From NCBI GenBank assembly GCA_040752415.1, contig JBFMGU010000262.1, forward strand, positions 1-14,718: DNA of 14,718 bases. The letters are read 5' to 3'. This document shows positions 7,846-14,718 of this stretch, piece by piece (the stretch's first letter is position 1; each line of letters opens with the position of its first letter). Made by a program: the position numbers and the translations under genes. A model generated the notes under the pieces. It did no database searches. It saw only the letters and a list, made by a program, of their open reading frames with translations, and was not told the DNA's origin. The DNA comes from Myxococcota bacterium. Lineage in GTDB: Bacteria; Myxococcota; JACRCW01.

Positions 7846-9660
7846 TCAGCGCGTCAGCAGATAGGCTTCCAGTGCGTCCACCTCGTAGTCCTTCAGGTAC
7901 GTGCCCCGCCCCATGCGGTTGCGGAGGACGTAGTCCGCCAGCACGTCGCGCAGGGTTTCCGCCGAGCCGTCATGCATGTAGGGCGCGGTCCGGGCCAGTC
8001 CGTGCAGCACGGGTGTCTGCATGCTGCCCAGCCCCACGTCGTGGTTGAGGTTGTCCGTGCCGTGCTCCCCCATGTGACACGTGGCGCAGCCCACCACGGG
8101 ATCATGGAAGAGCCGGCGCCCCAGCTCCACCTGCTCTTTGTCCTCGTCTGACGGCGGCGGGGCATCCGGCGCACGCAGCGTGTCGATGTACGCGCCCAGC
8201 TCTCCCGCCTGCGCGTTGCTGATGCCGCTGCCGCCCATGACCGCGCGAACGGTGGTGTTCATGTCGCTGAACGTCGTGAACTCACCGTCCCAGTGCAGCG
8301 GCAGCGTGGTGCTGGCAATCCCCGTCCGATCCGGCCCCGCGCCCGCCAGGCTGGGCGTGTTGCGCAGTCCCTTGGGCGCGTTCCAGGTGCGTCCGTCGGC
8401 GCGGCCATCCACATGGCAGAAGGCGCACGTGACGCCGGAGTTGGACATGGCCGGGTCCGTGGCGTCGTGGAAGAGGCGGCGGCCGGCCTGCACCGCCTCG
8501 GCGAGCGGTGAGGGTCCGTAGGAATAGGTGTCCGGCGCCGGCGGCGGCAGGCCGACACAGCCGAACTGGATGGGCACCGGGATGTCGACGACGTTGATGG
8601 TCAGGTCGAACGCGTTGTGGACGATGACCTGTCTTCCGTGCAGGGCCAGACCGTCAGCGCCGTGCCCCACCTCCACGACGGCAAGGGGGTTGGAACACTG
8701 CGTATCCGGGCCCTGGCTCGTGTGATTGACGGGCCAGAACTGCAGCAGCCGGTTGGCGCGGAACAGCACCGCCAACATGGCCCCACCATCCAGCTCCGCC
8801 ACCACCACCGGCTCACGCACCACCGGCTTGGGATTGAGCACACCCGGGGCCGGCGGTGACCCCAGCATGTGGGTCCGTGGTTGATCGTCGGTGACGAAGT
8901 GGATGAAGGCGGTGGCCCGCGGGGCCTCCTTGGGCCCGTAATAGACGCTGGAGGGAATCGGACCGGGGAAGGCGAACAACCCGGGCGCGCTGCTTTTGAC
9001 CACCTCCGCGTGGGGCACCAGGTAGCCTCGCCCCGGTCCAAGCGACGTGACGCTGTGCATCAGCGTTCCCAGTCCGCCAACCCCGCGTTCCGGGGCAGGC
9101 GTGGTGACGTCGTGGATGACCTGGCCGCGGGTGACCACGTCCACTTCCACCACGCGCGCATCCACCAGGTCCGTGATCACCAGTCGCACCGGCGAGAGTG
9201 CCGCCACGCCGCGTGGCCATTTCAGTTCCAACGGAATCCGGTCCATCACCTGCGCGCTCACCGGGTCGAACAGCACGACCGCGCGGTCACCTTCCGTCAC
9301 CACCGCCGCCAGGCTGGGTCCCATGTGGACGACACCATAGGGCTCGGTGCCCACCTCCACGGTGTGCAGCACGGTGCGCGTCGCCAGGCTCACCACCGCC
9401 ACGCTGCGCGAATACCGGCAGGACACCAACAAGAGGTCACCCGCCATGGTGAGCTGCGCGGGCTCATCACACACCGCCAGCCGCTGCGTCGACATGTCCT
9501 TGGGATTGATGAACGCCACGCCACCGTGGTCCGCGTCGATGACGACGATGAGACCACCCGGAGCCACCGTCACCGTGCTGCTTTGCGGCGTGCTCCCCGG
9601 CGGCGGTGGCGGTGCACAACCCAACAACGCTCCCAGCACCGCAACTCGCTTCAAATCCAT
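7846..9660 (-). CDS. Lipoprotein with YVTN-type beta-propeller fused to a di-heme cytochrome c domain (bCcP/MauG superfamily)
   Basis: MDLKRVAVLGALLG|C lipobox. Propeller blades SVAVVSLATRTVLHTVEVGTEPYGV and VEVGHGADGLAL. Two CxxCH motifs (CAFCH 8413-8427, CATCH 8074-8088). Family motifs GRRLF, RNTPSL, PLHWDG, TAPYMHDGS. Confidence 0.9.
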   Translation of the reverse strand: MDLKRVAVLGALLGCAPPPPPGSTPQSSTVTVAPGGLIVVIDADHGGVAFINPKDMSTQRLAVCDEPAQLTMAGDLLLVSCRYSRSVAVVSLATRTVLHTVEVGTEPYGVVHMGPSLAAVVTEGDRAVVLFDPVSAQVMDRIPLELKWPRGVAALSPVRLVITDLVDARVVEVDVVTRGQVIHDVTTPAPERGVGGLGTLMHSVTSLGPGRGYLVPHAEVVKSSAPGLFAFPGPIPSSVYYGPKEAPRATAFIHFVTDDQPRTHMLGSPPAPGVLNPKPVVREPVVVAELDGGAMLAVLFRANRLLQFWPVNHTSQGPDTQCSNPLAVVEVGHGADGLALHGRQVIVHNAFDLTINVVDIPVPIQFGCVGLPPPAPDTYSYGPSPLAEAVQAGRRLFHDATDPAMSNSGVTCAFCHVDGRADGRTWNAPKGLRNTPSLAGAGPDRTGIASTTLPLHWDGEFTTFSDMNTTVRAVMGGSGISNAQAGELGAYIDTLRAPDAPPPSDEDKEQVELGRRLFHDPVVGCATCHMGEHGTDNLNHDVGLGSMQTPVLHGLARTAPYMHDGSAETLRDVLADYVLRNRMGRGTYLKDYEVDALEAYLLTR

Positions 9661-9867
9661 CACACACCCCCTTGAGACCCGGGTTGCCTCCGCTCGGACC
9701 GGTGATGCACGCACGCCTCACCCGTGACGAAACTGCCACGCTTTCCGGCACACCCCACTTCGCCTGCGTCGGGTCTCCGGGCGGAATCCGAATGTCCGCT
9801 CCACGACGTAGCCAGATTCACGCCAAGGCTGGCGGCCCCGGCATGGCGGCTGCTTCGTGCGGTGGTC

Positions 9868-11235
9868 ATGCCCTGCGCGCTGCTGCTCACCCTGGTGCTC
9901 GCTGCTCCTCCTTCCGCGCACCTCCCGGATGACAGGGAGCACACCGGGAACGCCGTCGAGACGCAACGATGGGATGCGCTGCTGGTGACGTCGCTGGTCG
10001 CGCTGCCGGCTGCCGCGCTGGTCACCGCCTGGGTCCCGCTCTACGCGGGCGTGGCCGCACTGACGACGTGGGCCGCGATGGACCTGGGTGTGTGGTCGCT
10101 GAATCCGGTCTTCGTGCCGGGCGCGCTGGCGTGGTTGACGGCGCCGGCCCTGCTGGTGGGCTCCGTGTTGACCTACGCGCTCATCCGCGCGGCGTTGCCC
10201 TGGGTGGCCTATGCCATCTCCCGGCTCTGGCGTCCCATGCCGCGCGAGCTGGTGGACCAGGCCTCGCAGAACCGCGACCTGGCGTTCTCGGGCGTGGTGG
10301 GTCTCATGGACCTGGGATGGCACACGTTGGCGGTGTTGCCCCTCCTCGTCGTCGGGGGCGCGGCCCTGCTGGTGCCCGTGGGTTTGATCGCGGTGAGCCA
10401 GCTCTGGCCACCCGTGACGCCGTTCGTCAGTGCCGCGGTGACCGCCATCCTCCTGTTCGGCCTGTTCGCGGGCCCCATTGCTGCCATTGGCGTTGGCTTC
10501 TACCTGGGGTTGGCGGGAGCGCTTGCCTCATTGGGAACCATGTTGGGAGCGATAGCGTCGTGGAACCGGCTTCCTGAACGCTGGCGGGTGCGTGGCGAAG
10601 CACCGCCAGTCACCACCTTGGTCTCGCGGGAGCAATTGGAGCGCAGCACCGTGCGCGCCATCCCGGATGGCCTGCAGAGCATGATGTTGACGCTGGTGGT
10701 GCCACCGGTGGTGGGAGTGGCGACCATGATGCTTGCGGCGTCAGCGACGTTTGCCTGCGGTTGGCTGGTTTTGTTCCCGTTGGGGTCGGTGAACTCGCGC
10801 CTGGGACCGTCGCTGCTGCTGGCTGCCACCGCGGCGGCGCTTGTCACTCCCTCCGTCCTGCCCGCCTACCTGCTGACGCGGCTCGCGGTGGCCTGGTCGG
10901 TTCGACCGCGGTCATGGATTAGGGTCTTTTCGTTTCACGGAATCGACGCCGCGGGTCACGCCCTGGCGTTGCTGGGGTCGCTGACGATGGCCGCGTTGCT
11001 GACAGTCCCGGTGACCGTGGCGACGGCGCTGATGCTGGTTACGGCTTGGAAAGGGAGCGCGGAAGCGTTCGGCGTGGGCGTGATCACGCCGGTGCTGATA
11101 CCGCCGGTGTTTGCTGGGTTGTCGGCGGCGCTGTTTCCCATCCTGCTCGCCGCGAGCCACTTCTCCGCGCCCATTGTTGCAAGCTGGCTGCAAGGCGCTG
11201 AGGAGAACGCCGCGGCGACCCGGGCCCCGCGCTGA
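9868..11235 (+). CDS. Hypothetical polytopic membrane protein with an internal duplication (about 8-10 TM helices)
   Basis: Long hydrophobic ORF. ATG 9868 gives a signal-like N-terminus MPCALLLTLVLAAPP; the start is uncertain (frame open from 9724). The two halves share SVL.Y.L.R.A..W and D-x3-H-x-L-A-x-L motifs. Confidence 0.75.
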   Translation: MPCALLLTLVLAAPPSAHLPDDREHTGNAVETQRWDALLVTSLVALPAAALVTAWVPLYAGVAALTTWAAMDLGVWSLNPVFVPGALAWLTAPALLVGSVLTYALIRAALPWVAYAISRLWRPMPRELVDQASQNRDLAFSGVVGLMDLGWHTLAVLPLLVVGGAALLVPVGLIAVSQLWPPVTPFVSAAVTAILLFGLFAGPIAAIGVGFYLGLAGALASLGTMLGAIASWNRLPERWRVRGEAPPVTTLVSREQLERSTVRAIPDGLQSMMLTLVVPPVVGVATMMLAASATFACGWLVLFPLGSVNSRLGPSLLLAATAAALVTPSVLPAYLLTRLAVAWSVRPRSWIRVFSFHGIDAAGHALALLGSLTMAALLTVPVTVATALMLVTAWKGSAEAFGVGVITPVLIPPVFAGLSAALFPILLAASHFSAPIVASWLQGAEENAAATRAPR

Positions 11236-11242
11236 GCGCGCC

Positions 11243-11271
11243 TTGACACTGTGTTAGGGCGGGACTCTCAT
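11243..11271 (+). promoter_or_regulatory. Candidate sigma70-type promoter with an overlapping palindrome
   Basis: Perfect TTGACA at 11243-11248, 17-nt spacer, TCTCAT (4/6 to TATAAT). Near-palindrome TGACACTGTGTTA at 11244-11256. SD GGAGG at 11283-11287. Confidence 0.4.
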
Positions 11272-11293
11272 CCGAGAAGCTCGGAGGTGCCTG

Positions 11294-12238
11294 ATGCGTC
11301 GGGCTCTGGCGGTCGTCGTGGTGCGAGTTCGACCCCGGGCTGCCGCCGCAGTGAGCTGGCGCCCGCCAAGACCTCCGCACGCGAGTCCGGGTCGCGCGCT
11401 CTGCCTCTCCGTCGTCGTGGCGGCGGTGCTGTTGTGGGCCAATGATGGCGTGGCGCAACACCAGCGGCTGGCGGTGGTGGAGCTGGATGCGGAAGGCATG
11501 ACGCGCGCCACCGCCGCTGAGGCCCACGAACTGGTGTGGCATGCCGTCGTGGCGCCAGCCAACGCGAAGGGCTACGCGGTGCTGCCAAACCGGACGGTGC
11601 GTGCGGCGATGGAACGCCTGGAATGCCGTGGGTTGACGACGTGCCGTGTGGCACTCGCTGACGACCTGGCAGTGCAGCGGTTTCTCATTGGGAACATACG
11701 CGAACAAGAAGGATTGCGCTCCGCACGGCTCGACCTCGTCGACGCGGTATCAGGTCAGGTGCTCCGTTCCCGTTCCCTCAGCGGTCACTCCCCTGACGGC
11801 TGGCGCATCCACCTCGCGGCGCTCGCGCAGGACGTTGTCGACGAAGCGGAGCCGGACATTCCCGTTGGACCGGGAATTGGCGCGCGCTGTGGTTGTGTGG
11901 GGCCCGGGGGGCATCCGGCGAAGACCCAGGTAAAGGGCGGCCTGACCACGGAGGAAGTCGGCCGAGCGATGCGCACCAGGCTCCCGCACATCAAGGCCTG
12001 CTTCACGGAGGAAGCGCGACGCGCACCAGGCCTGAAAGGCGGGCTGGCGCGAGTCCACTTCCTGATCGGCGGCGATGGCAGGGTGTCCGCGGCGGAGATG
12101 GAGCGGAGCGATCTTCCGGCGAAGGTCGACGCCTGCATCATCCGACGCGTCCGCGCCACGCGCTTTCCGCCGCCCCGCCGCCCCGGCGTGGAGGTCCACT
12201 TCCCATTCGTCTTGATGCCACCCCCGGAGGTGCGCTGA
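11294..12238 (+). CDS. Exported protein with N-terminal alpha/beta domain (DUF2380/TolB-N-like) and C-terminal AgmX/PglI-C (TonB-C-like) domain
   Basis: C-terminus GLTTEEVGRAMRTRLPHIKACF...PGLKGG...VHFLIGGDGRVS...VDACIIRRVRATRFPPP...VEVHFPFVL matches the myxobacterial AgmX/PglI C-terminal pattern, including the Cys pair. Hydrophobic segment LCLSVVVAAVLLWA. SD GGAGG. Confidence 0.85.
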   Translation: MRRALAVVVVRVRPRAAAAVSWRPPRPPHASPGRALCLSVVVAAVLLWANDGVAQHQRLAVVELDAEGMTRATAAEAHELVWHAVVAPANAKGYAVLPNRTVRAAMERLECRGLTTCRVALADDLAVQRFLIGNIREQEGLRSARLDLVDAVSGQVLRSRSLSGHSPDGWRIHLAALAQDVVDEAEPDIPVGPGIGARCGCVGPGGHPAKTQVKGGLTTEEVGRAMRTRLPHIKACFTEEARRAPGLKGGLARVHFLIGGDGRVSAAEMERSDLPAKVDACIIRRVRATRFPPPRRPGVEVHFPFVLMPPPEVR

Positions 12239-12319
12239 GACGGTGCGATGTCGCGCCGACGTCATCCACACATTGCCTCGTCGGAAACGTCGCACGGAGT
12301 GGGCCTCCGCGGGTTCACC

Positions 12320-12610
12320 TGGCCAGAGCTTCTTTCACTCCCGGGAAGACTCCGGTCGCCCCCTGGCCGCCCGAGCCAAAGCGGTATTTCAGACCGCACT
12401 CCCAAGGTGCCGGCCGCGCCATCCCCTCGCGGAGACGCCGGCACGCAGAGGTTCCCGACGAGCCGCCGCGGTGCGGGCGATCCGACGAAAGCGGACTCGC
12501 GGCCGACCGCACCTTTCGGACTGCGGTATGAAGTACCGCTTTGGCTCGGGCGGTCAGGGCTCGACCGGAGTCTTCCCGGAGTCTCCCCAGAAGTGAAGAG
12601 CTTCAGGCCA
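12320..12610. repeat. Long imperfect inverted repeat (~100-110 bp arms, ~80 bp spacer) with nested palindromes; REPIN/MITE-like or structured RNA
   Basis: 12341-12398 matches the reverse complement of 12522-12579 at 53/58 nt without gaps. Pairing extends with indels inward to 12418/12498 and outward to 12320/12610. It lies between two convergent genes. Confidence 0.9.
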
Positions 12611-12682
12611 ATCACTTAGCCTCGTTTAGCGTAGGGCACTCACCACCCAACGCATCCGCGGGAGCGCCCTCGTCGTCGGGCC

Positions 12683-13411
12683 TCAGTGTGCTCCCGGCGC
12701 CGGACGTCCCAGCGCGCGCAGCACCTCCTCGTCGGAGACGTCGTACCAGCGGGCGTACGCATCCGCGACCGCGAACCGTCCGCCGCGTCGCACATTGGCG
12801 CAATAGAGCGCGTCCACCTCCGGGAGGAGCCAATCCACGGCGTCATCATGCGCGGTGGGCACCGCCACCACCACGCGCGCGGCACCGGCACGCCGCACCG
12901 CCTGCACCGCCACATGCATGGTGAAACCCGAGGCCAGCCCGTCGTCGACGAGGATCAGCGCACGACCCTCCAGCTCCGGCGCCGGCGCGCCACCTCGCAG
13001 CAGCTCCACCCGGTGCGCCACCTTGGCGCGCGTGCGCGCAACCCCGCGCTCGATGTCCTCCTGCGTCAGCGCCAGGCGCGCCACCAGCGGCTCATTGAGC
13101 TGCACCGTCCCGTCAAAGGCCACGGCGCCATAACCGGACTCCGTGTTCCACGGCAGCGTGACCTTGCTGACCACCGCCACGTCGAGCGGCAGGGAGAGCG
13201 CCTGCGCCATCGCCGCCGCCACGGGAACACCGCCGGCGGGGATGGCCAACACCAGCGGGTGATGCCCCAGCTCGGGCGAGAGCAGTCGAGCCAGGGTCTG
13301 TCCCGCGTGCTCCCGGTCGCGGAACACGCCCACCTTGTCGCGCAGCTGAAGGTCCTCCACGCCGCGCCTTCGCCCGCGCCCGGGCTCGCTCATGCCACTG
13401 CGGGTCTCCAT
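12683..13411 (-). CDS. Type I phosphoribosyltransferase family protein
   Basis: PRPP-binding loop LILVDDGLASGFT. N-terminal FRDREHAGQTLA, VLAIPAGGVPVA, VVVAVPTA, C-terminal DVSDEEV typical of this stand-alone PRTase subfamily. SD GGAGG just upstream of ATG 13411. Confidence 0.93.
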   Translation of the reverse strand: METRSGMSEPGRGRRRGVEDLQLRDKVGVFRDREHAGQTLARLLSPELGHHPLVLAIPAGGVPVAAAMAQALSLPLDVAVVSKVTLPWNTESGYGAVAFDGTVQLNEPLVARLALTQEDIERGVARTRAKVAHRVELLRGGAPAPELEGRALILVDDGLASGFTMHVAVQAVRRAGAARVVVAVPTAHDDAVDWLLPEVDALYCANVRRGGRFAVADAYARWYDVSDEEVLRALGRPAPGAH

Positions 13412-13670
13412 GCGTCCTCCGTCGTCACGGAGATGACGAAGGGCGCGGCGCGGTTCAGGCGGAGATCCGCGCCACGTCGGTCCAACGACCTAATCCACCC
13501 TCCTCCTGACCGATGTCACACAACTTTCGCCGCAACACACCCCGGGGGGCCCCGACAACCTTGCTGAACAGTCCAACAGCCTTCGTTCCCCGCCCTGTGA
13601 CGCGCGAGGCACCCACGTGCTTCCGCGCGGCGCTGGGAGGTGGACGGGTCTTCCCAAGGAGGAGGGCGCC

Positions 13671-14294
13671 GTGCACAACGACGTCGAGAACAAGCCGCAC
13701 ACCTTCAGCTGGCTCCTGCTCGCGCTGGTCTTCGTCGGCGCGGGAACCTGGCAGTGGTTGGAACCCACGTCGCTGCAGGACGTGGAGCCCGCCCGTCAGC
13801 AGAGCTGGGAGTTGCGCATCACCGAGAGCGACGTCGCCACCACGCACGCGCAGGGCAGCTTCACCATGAGCACCACGTCGCGCGCCACGGACCGTGATGC
13901 CGCGTCGCGCAAGCACGTGCGGCGGGGCAAGGGCGCCGCGGACTTCACCGACCGGCTGCGCAAGCTGGGCCGCGACCGCCCCCAGGTCGACGAGGTGGCC
14001 GCCGCGCGGGAGAAGCGTGCCGCGTACCTCAAGGTCATGGAGCGCACCGCCAAGCTGGAAGGCCTCGACGTGGAAACACGCCGGCTGGGTGCGCACGTGG
14101 AGCGCGTGAAGTCCGCGCACCGTCCGGAGCTGCTCGCCGAGACCGCCACGCTGCGCACGCGCATCCAGGGCGCGCTGGACCATGCGTCGTCGGGGCGTGC
14201 GTTGGATGAGCGCCAGGTCCGGGAGACGTCCGTCCTGCAGGACCGCACCGCGCGACTGCGCATCCGCGTGGAAGAGCAGCCCGCCACCATGTGA
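13671..14294 (+). CDS. Hypothetical protein with one N-terminal TM segment and a charged helical/coiled-coil C-terminus
   Basis: Strong SD AAGGAGGAGG directly before GTG 13671. TM FSWLLLALVFVGAGTWQWL. High GC3 and R/E/A/L-rich helices. Confidence 0.78.
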   Translation: MHNDVENKPHTFSWLLLALVFVGAGTWQWLEPTSLQDVEPARQQSWELRITESDVATTHAQGSFTMSTTSRATDRDAASRKHVRRGKGAADFTDRLRKLGRDRPQVDEVAAAREKRAAYLKVMERTAKLEGLDVETRRLGAHVERVKSAHRPELLAETATLRTRIQGALDHASSGRALDERQVRETSVLQDRTARLRIRVEEQPATM

Positions 14295-14421
14295 CCCGAC
14301 GGAACACCCCACTCCGGCGCATCCTCGTGCTCGTTGGCAAGGGGTGCGTGTAAACAGATTGCCCATTCCGTCGTGGCGGGCGAACACCTAACCCCCCACG
14401 TTCATGCCGTTGGGCTCGCTC

Positions 14422-14547
14422 GCCCCCCTTCCCCACACCCGCTTCACCGTCGTCAACCGCTGCGGGGAAGGGGGGCATGCATTGGCATTGGGGCATTTTC
14501 TCGTCGGAAAGAGGGCAGCTGCGCCCAGCGATTGCCCCCCTTCCCCG
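14422..14547. repeat. Three copies of a 13-nt motif GCCCCCCTTCCCC in forward/reverse/forward orientation
   Basis: 14422-14434 gccccccttcccc; 14464-14476 ggggaaggggggc; 14534-14546 gccccccttcccc. 14463-14477 and 14533-14547 form a perfect 15-bp inverted repeat. Confidence 0.88.
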
Positions 14548-14610
14548 GCTCGGTGACGACGGACCCACGTGATCCGCATCAACGCATGGAGGCACCCGTT
14601 GGTGTCACCG

Positions 14611-14718
14611 GCGGCCAAGGCCGCAGCTGGAAAAACACCAAGCCCTGCCCTCGCAGACCACTTTCACGACGTCATCGTCGGCAGGGCTTGGTGAATTTCC
14701 AGGTGCAGCCTCGGCTGC
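14611..14718. repeat. 39-bp imperfect inverted repeat with 30-nt spacer, running to the window edge
   Basis: 14611-14649 matches the reverse complement of 14680-14718 at 33/39 nt, with a perfect inner 14 bp (CACCAAGCCCTGCC/GGCAGGGCTTGGTG). Confidence 0.88.

Noticed and set aside
12320..12610. Retron msr/msd, IS ends or CRISPR interpretation of the inverted repeat
   Set aside because: No reverse transcriptase, transposase or cas gene nearby, no direct repeat-spacer periodicity and no clear target-site duplication.
12243..12619. Several ~120-aa ORFs on both strands sharing peptides such as KYRFGSGGQG and RPSQSG
   Set aside because: The shared peptides are a by-product of the DNA inverted repeat. 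There is no SD, codon bias or domain evidence.
13596..13612. TGTGA half-site as a CRP/MrpC-like box in the divergent promoter region
   Set aside because: The second half-site (TCACA) is missing at the required spacing.
14035..14618. Minus-strand ORFs 14035-14595 and 14388-14618
   Set aside because: They overlap a better-supported gene or the repeat-rich region, and have no coding bias or motifs.

Overview
High-GC window that looks like a Myxococcota (myxobacteria-like) genome, judged from Myxococcus cysteine-rich repeats, DAG/DAAV-rich lipoprotein linkers and an AgmX/PglI C-terminal domain. It holds about 10 genes, nearly all for envelope or secreted proteins. In order: a 5'-truncated Pro-rich membrane protein coupled to a receptor-L/Cys-rich-repeat lipoprotein; a 1043-aa FG-GAP lipoprotein with an unusual (L/I)(L/V/I)SNNGG repeat block; a small secreted protein; an SH3 + L,D-transpeptidase; a beta-propeller + di-heme cytochrome c (CcP/MauG superfamily) lipoprotein; an internally duplicated polytopic membrane protein; an AgmX/PglI-C domain protein; a type I phosphoribosyltransferase; and a single-TM helical protein. 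I saw no transposase, integrase, CRISPR array, tRNA or rRNA. The strongest unexplained structure is non-coding: a ~290-bp long inverted repeat with nested palindromes between convergent genes (12320-12610), and a cluster of inverted repeats at the right end (14422-14718), including a three-copy motif able to form mutually exclusive hairpins. All calls are from manual reading; no searches were run.
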